Of a stretch of 64,000 nucleotides of DNA, positions 9,790 to 18,899 are shown in pieces. The stretch is from an uncultured Actinomycetota bacterium (GTDB taxonomy: Bacteria > Actinomycetota > Actinomycetes > Mycobacteriales > Pseudonocardiaceae). Each line of letters starts with the position of its first letter. Positions within the stretch are counted from its first letter, which is position 1. The position numbers and the translations under genes were made by a program. Below the pieces are notes generated by a model. It was not told the origin of the DNA. It was given only the letters and a program-made list of their open reading frames with translations, and made no database searches. The stretch is taken from NCBI GenBank assembly GCA_963799945.1, contig CAWCZG010000007.1:404440-468439 (forward strand), read 5' to 3'.

Positions 9790-9863
9790 CCGGCCACCTC
9801 ACCCGCACGGGGTGGGCCGACGTGCCGCCTGTCCCGCCGGGTGCCCTCTGGCAGCATCGGCGC

Positions 9864-10415
9864 ATGGCCGTTATCCACCGGACGACGCTGAAGCCGGGCA
9901 AGCTCGAGCTGCTCACGGCGTGGTTGCCGACGCAAACCTGGTACCGCGGCGCGGGCACGCCCGCGTTGGCGAAGGCGGGCGGGTTCCGGCTCGACGACCC
10001 GGCGGGCGAGGTCGGCATCGAGCTGATGATCGTGACCGACGCGGCGGGCCCGGAGGTCGAGGCCTACCTGGTGCCGCTGACCTACCGCGCGACACCGGGC
10101 GAGGGCACGCTGATCGACACGATGGAGCACGGTGTGCTGGGGCTGCGCTACGCCTACGACGGGCCGACCGACGCGGTCTTCCGCTCCCAGGTCGACGCCC
10201 TGCTCCGGGGCGAGGTGCCGCCGCAGTCGCAGTCCGAGTCCGACACCGTCGACGAGGCGGTCCGCGTCGCGGCCTGGCCTGGCGCGGCCGGTGTGCAGGT
10301 CGTGCGCAGGCTCGCCGACGATGCCGAGGCCGAAGCCGGAACGGTGTCGGCGCCCTGGCGCGACCCGGACGGGACGGCCCACCGCAGCGTGGTCCTGCGC
10401 GCCGTGTCGGCCTAG
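9864..10415 (+). CDS. Maltokinase N-terminal cap-like domain protein
   Basis: MAVIHRTTLKPGKLELLTAWLP, GGFRLDDPAGEVGIE, VPLTYR, MEHGVLG.R..YDG. Confidence 0.8.
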   Translation: MAVIHRTTLKPGKLELLTAWLPTQTWYRGAGTPALAKAGGFRLDDPAGEVGIELMIVTDAAGPEVEAYLVPLTYRATPGEGTLIDTMEHGVLGLRYAYDGPTDAVFRSQVDALLRGEVPPQSQSESDTVDEAVRVAAWPGAAGVQVVRRLADDAEAEAGTVSAPWRDPDGTAHRSVVLRAVSA

Positions 10416-11341
10416 GACCGATCCGCTCCGTTCTCCGCTTCGACGGCGAGCGGCAGCCTGCTCGCGGCGTGGCAGGCCTCGATGAGCCCGCCGAGCTCGG
10501 CGCGCGGGGAGTGGGGCAAGACCGCGAGGTAGGTGGTCATGGCGGGCTCGGGGCTGCGCAGGGGCCGGAAGACCACGCCGGGCGAGGCGATCTGGCGGGT
10601 CTGCGCGGCGTAGTAGACCGTCCACGAGGGCGGCCCGAAGCCGATGGCGGCGAGGGTGTCCTGGTCGGTGGTGAACTCGTCGGCGAACGTCGGGGTGAAG
10701 CCCGCCTCCTGACAGCAGCCGACGACCACGTCGTGCAGCTGCGGGTTGCGCGCACGGGAAACGAGGCGCAGGGGCAGCCCGGCGAGCGCGGCCAGCTCGA
10801 CGTCGCCGTGGACCGCGAGCTCGTGGCGGGCGGGGATCGCCGCGACGAGCGGGTCGCGCCACAGCGGTATCAGCTCCACGTCGGCGTCGTCGACGGGCAG
10901 GCCACGCAACACGGCCGCGTCGAGATCGCCCGACCGGACCCTGCGGACGCGGTCGGTCGACGTGGCGGTGACCAGCTCGAGGCCCGCCGCGGGCATGCGG
11001 CGCGAGAAGTCGTCGAGGATGGCGTCCAGCCGGGCCCCGAGCCCGGTGCTGGTGCCGAGGCGGACGGTGGCCGCGCGTGCGGTCCGCAGGTCGTCGACGG
11101 CGGCTTGGGCCTGGGCGACATCGGCCAAGATCCGTTCGGCGTGCCAACGAAGCCGCCGCCCGGCCTCGGTGAGCCGCACCGTGCGCGTGCTGCGCTCGAA
11201 CAGGGAGAGACCGAGCTCGCGTTCCAGCCGTCGGATCTGCTGGCTCACCGCCGACTGCACGATGTGCAGCCGCTCCGCGGCCCGGCCGAAGTGCAGCTCC
11301 TCGGCCACGGTGAGGAAGTACTGAAGCTGACGGAGTTCCAC
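10412..11341 (-). CDS. LysR-family transcriptional regulator
   Basis: ELRQLQYFLTVAEELHFGRAAERLHIVQSAVSQQIRRLE HTH; divergent from a hydrolase. Confidence 0.95.
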   Translation of the reverse strand: MELRQLQYFLTVAEELHFGRAAERLHIVQSAVSQQIRRLERELGLSLFERSTRTVRLTEAGRRLRWHAERILADVAQAQAAVDDLRTARAATVRLGTSTGLGARLDAILDDFSRRMPAAGLELVTATSTDRVRRVRSGDLDAAVLRGLPVDDADVELIPLWRDPLVAAIPARHELAVHGDVELAALAGLPLRLVSRARNPQLHDVVVGCCQEAGFTPTFADEFTTDQDTLAAIGFGPPSWTVYYAAQTRQIASPGVVFRPLRSPEPAMTTYLAVLPHSPRAELGGLIEACHAASRLPLAVEAENGADRS

Positions 11342-11454
11342 GCGCCCGTCCATTGATCTGGATGTGTGATGAGTGTAGGCGCGGATCGCTCGTTGATGAC
11401 CACCGGAGGCGCCGGTTGAGTGAACCGCAACCGAACCGGCGAGAGGCAGAAGCC

Positions 11455-12243
11455 ATGCCCTATTTGAAGGTCAACGACATCACCGTCTACTACGAGGACG
11501 ACGGCGCCGGACCGCCGCTGCTCTTCGTGCACGGGTGGGGAACCAGCGGCCGCGTATGGAGCGGCCAGCAGCCGGCGTTCGTCGAGGACCACCGCGTCGT
11601 GGTGCTGGACTGGCGGGGCTGCGGCCGCTCGGACCACCCGGCCACCGGCAACACGATCGACGGCGTGGTGGCGGATCTGGCCGAGACGATCCGTCTGCTG
11701 GACCTGGAGCGTCCGATGGTCATCGGGTCCTCGATCGGCGGCGTGTTCGCGACCGAGCTGGGCCTGGGGCACCCGGAGCTGGTCGGCGGGGTGGTGCCGG
11801 TGGACAGCCCGGCCTACTGGCCCGCGCAGGGGATGGACCTGGAGGCGATCATCACGCGCATCCGTGAGGACCGCGCCGGGTTCCTCACCAGCTGGGTGGC
11901 GAACTGGTACGCGCCGGGGAGCTCACCGGCCCTGGCGGCCTGGACGATCCGGCAGATCCTCGATTCCGGCACGTTCGTCGAGGCGCACTTCGCCGGGGTC
12001 GCCACGTACGACCCGCGGCCCGCGCTGCCCTCGCTGCGGGTGCCGATCCACTACATCCACGGCGCCCTGGACGCGGAGATTCCCGTGGCCGTCGCCCATG
12101 ACTGCGCGGCCCGCACGCCCGGCGCCGAGGTCACCGTCATCGCGGGCGCCGGGCACATGGCCCAGCAGGACCGACCCGCCGCCTTCAACGCCGCGCTGCG
12201 GTCCGCGCTGACGACGCGGCTCGCGCCGGTGGCCGCGGCCTGA
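11455..12243 (+). CDS. Alpha/beta hydrolase
   Basis: LLFVHGWG, DWRGCGRS, GSSIGG nucleophile elbow, HGALD, AGHM. Confidence 0.9.
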   Translation: MPYLKVNDITVYYEDDGAGPPLLFVHGWGTSGRVWSGQQPAFVEDHRVVVLDWRGCGRSDHPATGNTIDGVVADLAETIRLLDLERPMVIGSSIGGVFATELGLGHPELVGGVVPVDSPAYWPAQGMDLEAIITRIREDRAGFLTSWVANWYAPGSSPALAAWTIRQILDSGTFVEAHFAGVATYDPRPALPSLRVPIHYIHGALDAEIPVAVAHDCAARTPGAEVTVIAGAGHMAQQDRPAAFNAALRSALTTRLAPVAAA

Positions 12244-12264
12244 CTCGACGTCGAGGAGATCGCC

Positions 12265-12572
12265 ATGCCCTTCGCGCGCACGACCATCAGCTCCGGCGTC
12301 GCCGCTGTCCGCTTCGCCGTCACCGGGTCACGGTCGACCTCACCGACGCCCTCGGGCGGATCATCGCCCCGACCCTGGTCCTGGCCAGCGCCGACGACCG
12401 CGTCGTGCCCGCCGAGCAGGCCCACGCCCTGGTCTCCGGGATCGCGGGCGCCCGGTACGCGGAGATCTCCGCCGGACACGGTGCTCCGGTCGAGGACGCG
12501 GCAGGCTTCGTCGACCGCCTCACCGCGTTCCTCGACGAGCAGTCGGTCGGGCGGCTCGCGGGCAGGTCCTAA
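12265..12572 (+). pseudogene. Internally deleted second alpha/beta hydrolase
   Basis: GAGGAG RBS + MPFARTT...VRFAVTGS, joined out of frame to VDLTDALGRIIAPTLVLASADDRVVP...GARYAEI / AGHGAPVEDAAGFVDRLTAFL..*. Confidence 0.7.
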
Positions 12573-12610
12573 GATCGTCGTCGCCGCGCGCGGCCTGACG
12601 GGAGGCGATG

Positions 12611-13093
12611 ATGGGTTCGTTCGACGTGCTGGTGGACGACGAGCGCATCCAGCTCGAGGCCTTCGTCGAGGAGTACCGACGCGCCCTAGAGGCGACGCTC
12701 GACGGCCTCACCGAGGAGCAGGCCCGCCGCAGGCTCGTCCCGTCGGCGACGACGTCGCTCGGACTGCTCAAGCACGTCACGTGGATGCAGCGGGTGTGGT
12801 TCGAGGAGTGCGTCGGCGGCGCGTCCCGTCAGGAGCTGGGCCTGGTCCGGACCCCGGACGAGTCGTTCCAGGTCGCCGACGACGACACGATCGCCGCCGT
12901 CACCGCGGCCCACCGGCAGGCCTGCGTGACAGCCCGAGCCATGGCCGCCGACCTGCCGTTGGACGCCGTCGTGACCGGCCACCGGGGCGGGCCCCGCACG
13001 CTGCGCTGGGTGTACCTGCAGGTCCTGCGCGAGCTCGCCCACCACTGCGGGCACGCCGACATCCTGCGCGAACAGGTGCTGTCGGCTCCGTGA
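12611..13093 (+). CDS. DinB / DUF664 family protein
   Basis: DGLTEEQARRRLVPSATTSLGLLKH, WF, LRWVY...ELAHHCGHADILRE. Confidence 0.9.
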   Translation: MGSFDVLVDDERIQLEAFVEEYRRALEATLDGLTEEQARRRLVPSATTSLGLLKHVTWMQRVWFEECVGGASRQELGLVRTPDESFQVADDDTIAAVTAAHRQACVTARAMAADLPLDAVVTGHRGGPRTLRWVYLQVLRELAHHCGHADILREQVLSAP

Positions 13094-13108
13094 GGGGTCG
13101 GAGCCGAC
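13081..13108 (+). terminator. Hairpin at the end of the DinB gene
   Basis: GTCGGCTCCG / CGGAGCCGAC perfect 10 bp stem. Confidence 0.55.
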
Positions 13109-13130
13109 GTCAGGTCGCGCGGGCCGGGAG

Positions 13131-13248
13131 TCAGGAGGTGGGCATCTCGGCGTCCGGGGCCCGCGGCGGTCCCGGCCTGGTGGACGCCGCCCCCGATCCA
13201 GGCGATGTGCTCCCGGGCCACGGCGTGGGCCACCCATCCAATGCTCAC
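13131..13248 (-). pseudogene. Probable internally deleted cupin-like gene
   Basis: N-terminus MSIGWVAHAVAREHIAWIGGGVHQ joined out of frame to a GPPRAPDAEMPTS* tail; recognised from memory of actinobacterial cupin termini. Confidence 0.35.
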
Positions 13249-13360
13249 GACGCAACGCTAACGGCTGACGCGTAGGCCGGGAGCCATGAGCGACGATGAG
13301 GGGTCGCGGGCCCACGGAGAACGCCATGTCGTGCGCTGTCCGCTATGGGCGATTTGACGA

Positions 13361-13951
13361 GTGGGAGTGGTTGTGAGGGCATCACTGGTCGCGCAGAGCG
13401 CGCAGACGGGTTCCGCCACGGTCGCACAGCTCAGCCGGCGGGAGCGGAGGAGGCAGCGCAGGCGGCTGGCCCAGCAGGACGAGCTGAGCGCTCACCTTGC
13501 CGAGCTGCTCCAGATCCGCGCGCTCGTGAGCGCCACCCGTGACGTGGTGGCGACGGGCTGGGTGCAGGACGCCTGGTACGTCCGCAGCGACGAGCGCGGC
13601 CACCTGCACTCGGTGGAGCGCTTGTGGGACCACCTCGGCGGCGGCCCCGTCGCAGGCGCCTGCGTGGTGGGCGCGATCCTGCACGCCAACGGCGGCGTCG
13701 CGACCGCGGGCACCCAGCTCGCGCAGCGCACGTTCGACCTCACCTGGCACACGTTGACCCGCAGCCCGCGGGATCCTGTGCGCTGGTGCCCCGCCCCGCC
13801 CGTCCGCGCGCAGCACCTCCGCGAGCTGGTCAGCTGGAACGACCAAGCCGTTCGCACCGCCGCCGACGTGGACGCGCTGCTCATCGCCGCCGAGCGAACG
13901 GTCGACCGGGAGGTGGCCCGCAGCCGTCACCAGCTCACGATGCTCGTATAG
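13361..13951 (+). CDS. Hypothetical protein (DUF6197-like)
   Basis: GWVQDAWY, GACVVGAI, SWND pattern; GC3-rich codons; start uncertain. Confidence 0.6.
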   Translation: MGVVVRASLVAQSAQTGSATVAQLSRRERRRQRRRLAQQDELSAHLAELLQIRALVSATRDVVATGWVQDAWYVRSDERGHLHSVERLWDHLGGGPVAGACVVGAILHANGGVATAGTQLAQRTFDLTWHTLTRSPRDPVRWCPAPPVRAQHLRELVSWNDQAVRTAADVDALLIAAERTVDREVARSRHQLTMLV

Positions 13952-13998
13952 CTCAGATGCGGGTCGGCGCGACCGTGGGCCCGCAGTGGTACGGGTGA

Positions 13999-14616
13999 TC
14001 ACTCCGGGCGGTCGGCATGCCCGGCGGTGCGGCAGCCGACAGCCCGCAGAGCGAGAGCACTGAACGACTCGATGATCTCTTCCGGTCCGGATGGGCCGTT
14101 CGGCCGGTACCAGTGCTGCATCCAGTTGCACTGCCCGAGTATCGCCAGGGTGACGAGCCTCGGGTCGTCGTCGCACTCGTTGACCGACAGCGCATCCTGA
14201 ACGAGTCCTTGGAGCAGATGGGCGTATTCCAGTCTCTTGGCGAGATACCAGTCCCGGGCCTTCGCATCACCGATCTGGTGAGCGAAGAGTGTGAAAGCCG
14301 CAGAAGCTCCCGGCTGCTCGAAGAATATCTGCACATGCCTGCGCACAGCTGTTGCAACCTTGACACAAGGATCAAGCGAAGAATCGTCGACGATCTTCTG
14401 AAGGTCCACCAACGAGGTTCCCAGCGCAATATCGCACAGCGCGATGAGGAGACTTTCTTTCGATCGGATGTGATGGTAGAGGCTCGCTTTGTGCAGGCCC
14501 ACCTGCCGCGCAACGAGATCCATCGTCGCGCCCCGGTACCCCTCGCGCAGGAAGACGTGAGCGGCGGCCGCGAATATCTCCTCTCGCGTGACCGCGGGCC
14601 TGCTATCCCTCGACAT
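13999..14616 (-). CDS. TetR-family regulator (KstR2/PaaR-like, probably acyl-CoA sensing)
   Basis: REEIFAAAAHVFLREGYRGATMDLVARQVGLHKASLYHHIRSKESLL; AILGQCNWMQHWYRPNGP. Confidence 0.9.
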   Translation of the reverse strand: MSRDSRPAVTREEIFAAAAHVFLREGYRGATMDLVARQVGLHKASLYHHIRSKESLLIALCDIALGTSLVDLQKIVDDSSLDPCVKVATAVRRHVQIFFEQPGASAAFTLFAHQIGDAKARDWYLAKRLEYAHLLQGLVQDALSVNECDDDPRLVTLAILGQCNWMQHWYRPNGPSGPEEIIESFSALALRAVGCRTAGHADRPE

Positions 14617-14709
14617 GACGTCCTCGACTCCTCATCCCGCAACTCACGTCGCCGTCATCGACCACGATACCCGGGAACTTGACCAGGAGATCGCACCGGC
14701 AGTACCGTC

Positions 14710-14750
14710 CGGACAACTCTCACCCAACCGGTTGGTCGGGTGTTTGTCCG
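14710..14750. promoter_or_regulatory. Candidate TetR operator between tetR and the Rieske gene
   Basis: Perfect palindrome CCAACCGGTTGG at 14724-14735, inside outer arms CGGACAA / TTGTCCG. Confidence 0.6.
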
Positions 14751-14778
14751 CCAGCCAACCGCAGAATGGAGTGGCTTG

Positions 14779-15750
14779 GTGCACGGTTTTCCCCACGACA
14801 ACTTCCCGCGCGGCTGGTACCGGGTAGCGTGGTCGTTCGAGCTCGCCGAGGTGGTCCAGCCGATCACGTACCTCGAGCACGACTTCGTGGCGTACCGCAC
14901 GAGCGACGGGGTCGCGCACGTGATGGATGCTTTCTGCCCCCACCTCGGGGCACATCTCGGGTACGGCGGCAGACTCGAGAACGATCAGGTCGTCTGCCCG
15001 TTCCACGGATGGACCTGGGATCGAGCCGGCCGCAACACCTCGATCCCGTACGAGCATCCCGACGTGCGGAAGAAGACGATCCGCACATGGCCGGTGCGGG
15101 AGATCGGCGGCGCGGTACTGATCTGGTGGTCGGACTCCCCCGGCGACCCCGAATGGGAGCCCGAGCCGATCGCGGAGGAGTCACTCGACGCGTTCCACGT
15201 CGTCGGCCCAGAGACGAGCATCCTGTGGGAGCGGAAACACCTCATCCCGCAGGCGCTCACCGAGAACATCGCCGACCCGGCCCACCTGAAGTACATCCAC
15301 CTCGCCAAGAGCGTGCCGACCATCAACACGACGGAGACGGCGTCCACCTTCGTCTCATCCTTGGACTACGTCTTCGGCGAGGGACGGAGCTCCACCTGGC
15401 TCACTCCCGAGGGTCCCCGCGCTGTGCACCTCGTCGCGGAGGCCCACGGGCTCGGCTACACCATTTCCCGCTACGGCGGTCTGCACGGCGCCGTGCACGT
15501 TCTCGGCGCCACTCCGACCGACCGCCATCACGCCGACGTGTGGGCCTCCGCCGTCGTTCCGCGATCGGCCGACGACGCCGACGACTCCCTCGGCGCCTGG
15601 GGAACCCGCCTGGTCAAGGAGATGTTCAAGTCGCACGAGCAGGACTTCCCGGTCTGGGAGCACATGAGCTACATCGCCCACCCGCCGTACGCCCGCATGG
15701 AGGGATGCCACAAGCGGCTCCGGAGATGGGCGGAGAAGTTCTATGCCTGA
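14779..15750 (+). CDS. Rieske non-heme iron oxygenase, KshA/Neverland-like alpha-only type
   Basis: FPRGWY, CPHLGAHL...CPFHGW, ENIADPAHLKYIH, EQDFPVWEH, LRRWAEKFY. Confidence 0.88.
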   Translation: MHGFPHDNFPRGWYRVAWSFELAEVVQPITYLEHDFVAYRTSDGVAHVMDAFCPHLGAHLGYGGRLENDQVVCPFHGWTWDRAGRNTSIPYEHPDVRKKTIRTWPVREIGGAVLIWWSDSPGDPEWEPEPIAEESLDAFHVVGPETSILWERKHLIPQALTENIADPAHLKYIHLAKSVPTINTTETASTFVSSLDYVFGEGRSSTWLTPEGPRAVHLVAEAHGLGYTISRYGGLHGAVHVLGATPTDRHHADVWASAVVPRSADDADDSLGAWGTRLVKEMFKSHEQDFPVWEHMSYIAHPPYARMEGCHKRLRRWAEKFYA

Positions 15751-16912
15751 ACCGCCGACCTCACCCACGGCGTTGCTGGCCGGCTACCGCATTCTCGACT
15801 TCGGGCGGCTGCTGCCCAGCGGGGTAGCGACGTTCCAGTTGGCCGCGCTGGGCGCCGACGTCATCAAGGTCGAACGACCTCCCGCCGGGGACCACCTCAG
15901 GACCACCCCGCCATCGATCCGGTCGCGCGGCGACATGCACCTCGAGATCAACCGCAACAAACGCAGCGTCGGCCTGGACTTCGGCACCGACGCGGGCCGG
16001 GAGATCGCGCTACGGCTGGCCCGCACAGCGGACGTGGTGGTCGAGTCCTCGCGGCCCGGCGCTTACCGGCGCTTCGGTCTGGATTTCGACGCCGTCCGGG
16101 CCGTCAACCCCGCCGTCGTGTACGCGTCGTTCAGCGGCTTCGGCCAGTTCGGGCCGTACTCAGCGCTGCCTGCACACGGCCTCTCGGCCGACGCCTTCGG
16201 CTCTGTCCTCGCCGCGTCGCTCGCTGCGGCCGGAACAGACCGCACCTTGCCTGACTCCTACACCAGCGCAGGGGCATGGGCGGCGGGCATGTACGGAGCG
16301 TTCGCGATCACCGCCGCGCTGCTCGCTCGCCACCGATCGGCCGAAGGACACCACATCGACATCGCACAGGCCGATGCGGCCGCATCGTTCATGTTCCGCG
16401 ACATTGCCCTTTCCGCGAACGGAGTGGACACCAGAGACGGCTCGTTCAGGTTCCTCGGCCCGCGCTACGACTCTTACACCTGCGCGGACGGCAGGGACGT
16501 CCTGCTCACCGCCACCGAGGCGAAGCTCTGGAACGCTTTCTGCGAAGCGGTGGAGCGCACCGACCTCTGCGCGCCGCCGGACGCACCGGCCGTTCTCCCC
16601 TACGGTCCTGACGCCGACCTCCACGACGAGCTGAGCAGCATCTTCCGCGCCCGCACCCGGGCGGAATGGATGACGCTGTCCGTCAACCACAAGCTCGGCA
16701 TGTGTCCCGTCAACTCCGCCGAGGATCTCACCACCGATCCGCACGCCATTCAGCGGCGCATCGTGCAGACGCAGGACCATCCGCTCGGCGGAAGCATCAC
16801 CCTGACCGGATATCCGGTCGTCGTCGACTCCTGCTTCGCCGAACTCCGCCCCGCGCCCGAGCTCGGCCAGCACACGGACGAGGTGCTCGCCGATTGCGGC
16901 ATCGACACGTGA
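15743..16912 (+). CDS. CaiB/BaiF (family III CoA-transferase/racemase) homologue, catalytic Asp replaced
   Basis: LGADVIKVE, NRNKRSVGLD, SGFGQFGPY, PAPELGQHTDEVL; AGAWAAGM in place of xGDxxxGM. Confidence 0.88.
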   Translation: MPEPPTSPTALLAGYRILDFGRLLPSGVATFQLAALGADVIKVERPPAGDHLRTTPPSIRSRGDMHLEINRNKRSVGLDFGTDAGREIALRLARTADVVVESSRPGAYRRFGLDFDAVRAVNPAVVYASFSGFGQFGPYSALPAHGLSADAFGSVLAASLAAAGTDRTLPDSYTSAGAWAAGMYGAFAITAALLARHRSAEGHHIDIAQADAAASFMFRDIALSANGVDTRDGSFRFLGPRYDSYTCADGRDVLLTATEAKLWNAFCEAVERTDLCAPPDAPAVLPYGPDADLHDELSSIFRARTRAEWMTLSVNHKLGMCPVNSAEDLTTDPHAIQRRIVQTQDHPLGGSITLTGYPVVVDSCFAELRPAPELGQHTDEVLADCGIDT

Positions 16913-16982
16913 TGCCGACGGCCGCGCGCCATCGCAGCGGGTCAGCCTCAGTTCCCCACCGACCATGACCAGGAGGCCAGTC

Positions 16983-18569
16983 ATGCGGACCATCATCGAC
17001 ATCCTCGAGGGTGCCGTGGAGTTGTCTCGCGGACGCCCCGTGCTCGCGTTCGAGAACGGGACGGCTCATACGGCCGCCGAGGTCAGCGCGAAGGCGGCCG
17101 CATGCGCCGGTTTCCTGCAGACCTACGGGGTGCAGCCCGGTGACCGGATCGCGATCGTGATGGGCAACCGTTGCGAGTTCACCTGGGCGTTGTTCGGATG
17201 CGTCTACGCCGGTGTGGTGCCGGTGCCGCTCAACACCAGCCTCAAGGGCCCCATCCTCGACGCCATGCTGGGCAAGGTCGAGCCCCGCATCGTGATAGTC
17301 GACGCTACGACCACGGCCTCGACGCGGGACTCCCTGCAACGGATCGGGATGAACCCGCTCGTGTTCGACGTCGACGACGCGGCCGACTCCACCGACTCCG
17401 TGTTGCTGAACGCCGCGATCGATGCCGCGGACCCGGGTCGGCGACTGGTCTCCCGGGCGGACGAGCTGGCGATGATCATGTTCACCTCGGGCACGACCGG
17501 GCCGTCCAAGGGCATCATGTACTCGCACGGGATGGCCTTGGAGTTCGCGGATTTCGGCGAGTACCTGTTCGACTTCGACGCCGACGACACGATGTACAAC
17601 TGCCTGCCGCTGTTCCACGGAAACGCACTGCTGCTGACGGTGTTGGGCGCTCTGCGCTTCGGCGGCCGGGCCGTCATCGGCGAAACATTCTCGGCATCGA
17701 CCTACTGGCGCAGCGTCGCCGACAGCGGCGCGACGATCGTCTCGCTGCTCGGCATGATGTTCCCCATCCTGTGGGACCGGCCACCGTCGCCCGATGACAC
17801 CAACCACCACGCCCGCATCGGCCTGACGGTTCCCGCCCCGAAGCAGTACGTGACGCATTTCCAGGATCGCTTCGGGCTGAAGCTGACGTCCCTGTACGGA
17901 CTGACCGATGTCGGGATGCCGGTCGGCGTTCCGCACTGGATGGACGGGCGTCCGGGAAAAGCCGGCATCGTCCACCCCGATTGGGAATGCCAGGTGGTCG
18001 ACGAGCACGGCGAGAAGCTGCCCGCCGGTGTGCCCGGTCAGATGGTCTTCCGGCCGCTGAGGCCGAACATCTCCCAACTCGGGTACTGGCGTGACCCCGA
18101 GGCGTCGCTGGAGCTGCGCCGGAACATGTGGTTCCAGTCGGGCGACATCCTGGTCGAGGACGAGGACGGCTGGTTCACCTTTGTCGACAGGCAGAAGGAC
18201 GCCATCCGCCGGTCGGGCGAGAACGTGTCGTCGTTCGAGGTGGAGATGGTGCTGCAAGGCCATCCCGCGGTCGCGGAGGTCGCGGTCTACGGGCTGCCTG
18301 CAGACGTCGGCGAGGACGAGGTGGCCGCGGCGGTCGTGCTCGCTGAAGGCGCGACCTGCACCGAGCAGCTCCTCGTCGACTTCGCCGAGACCCACCTGCC
18401 CTACTTCGCCGTCCCCCGCTACGTGTTCCTCATGGAGCAGCTGCCGAAGACAGCGACCGCGAAGGTCCGCAAGGACGAGCTACGCCGAGCCGGGCTGGAT
18501 CTCGGAACGTTCGACGCCGGCCCTCGCGGACGACGGTCAGTGGCCGCTATGAGGAGGTCGGAGAGGTGA
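16983..18569 (+). CDS. ATP-dependent acyl-CoA ligase (CaiC-like)
   Basis: MFTSGTTGPSKG, LPLFHGNA, YGLTD, WFQSGD, FVDRQKDAIRRSGENVSSFEVE, LPKTATAKV. Confidence 0.92.
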   Translation: MRTIIDILEGAVELSRGRPVLAFENGTAHTAAEVSAKAAACAGFLQTYGVQPGDRIAIVMGNRCEFTWALFGCVYAGVVPVPLNTSLKGPILDAMLGKVEPRIVIVDATTTASTRDSLQRIGMNPLVFDVDDAADSTDSVLLNAAIDAADPGRRLVSRADELAMIMFTSGTTGPSKGIMYSHGMALEFADFGEYLFDFDADDTMYNCLPLFHGNALLLTVLGALRFGGRAVIGETFSASTYWRSVADSGATIVSLLGMMFPILWDRPPSPDDTNHHARIGLTVPAPKQYVTHFQDRFGLKLTSLYGLTDVGMPVGVPHWMDGRPGKAGIVHPDWECQVVDEHGEKLPAGVPGQMVFRPLRPNISQLGYWRDPEASLELRRNMWFQSGDILVEDEDGWFTFVDRQKDAIRRSGENVSSFEVEMVLQGHPAVAEVAVYGLPADVGEDEVAAAVVLAEGATCTEQLLVDFAETHLPYFAVPRYVFLMEQLPKTATAKVRKDELRRAGLDLGTFDAGPRGRRSVAAMRRSER

Positions 18570-18612
18570 TGGCGGCGCACCATGGCCCTAGCCCGACGCC
18601 GAGATCCCCGGA

Positions 18613-18775
18613 CTAGCGACCCCGCGCTGGAGGTGGTCTGCGAACGTTCATCCGCTCACCAGACCGGGAGAAGGTGCTCAGGATCTCGGCGGGCTCGTTC
18701 CCGTAGCTGCCGAACCAATGCGGTATCCGGGTGTCGAACCCGGCCACTTCTCCGGGGCCGAGCACCCACGACGTC
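18613..18775 (-). pseudogene. C-terminal remnant of an XRE-cupin regulator
   Basis: WVLGPGEVAGFDTRIPHWFGSYGNEPAEILSTFSRSGERMNVR..* with no N-terminal HTH. Confidence 0.65.
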
Positions 18776-18899
18776 GAAGGGGGCTGGGCGGTCGAGCCCG
18801 AACCCGATCGAGCGGCCCGGGTTTCCGCAGGGCGCAGCCGGGCTATGCCGGACAGGCACCCGCGTGACGGGTGGGCACGCGCGAGGCAGAAGGGCCGCC

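Noticed and set aside
8775-11456. 893 aa minus-strand ORF and similar long Arg/Pro/Gly-rich ORFs (e.g. 27713-29665, 21638-23488, 52926-54605)
   Set aside because: Shadow frames of real genes in high-GC DNA; no motifs and low-complexity composition
18725-18755. GGGTGTCGAACCCGGCCAC resembling a reverse tRNA 3' half or att site
   Set aside because: Explained by the coding sequence of the XRE-cupin remnant (VAGFDTR); no cloverleaf or integrase
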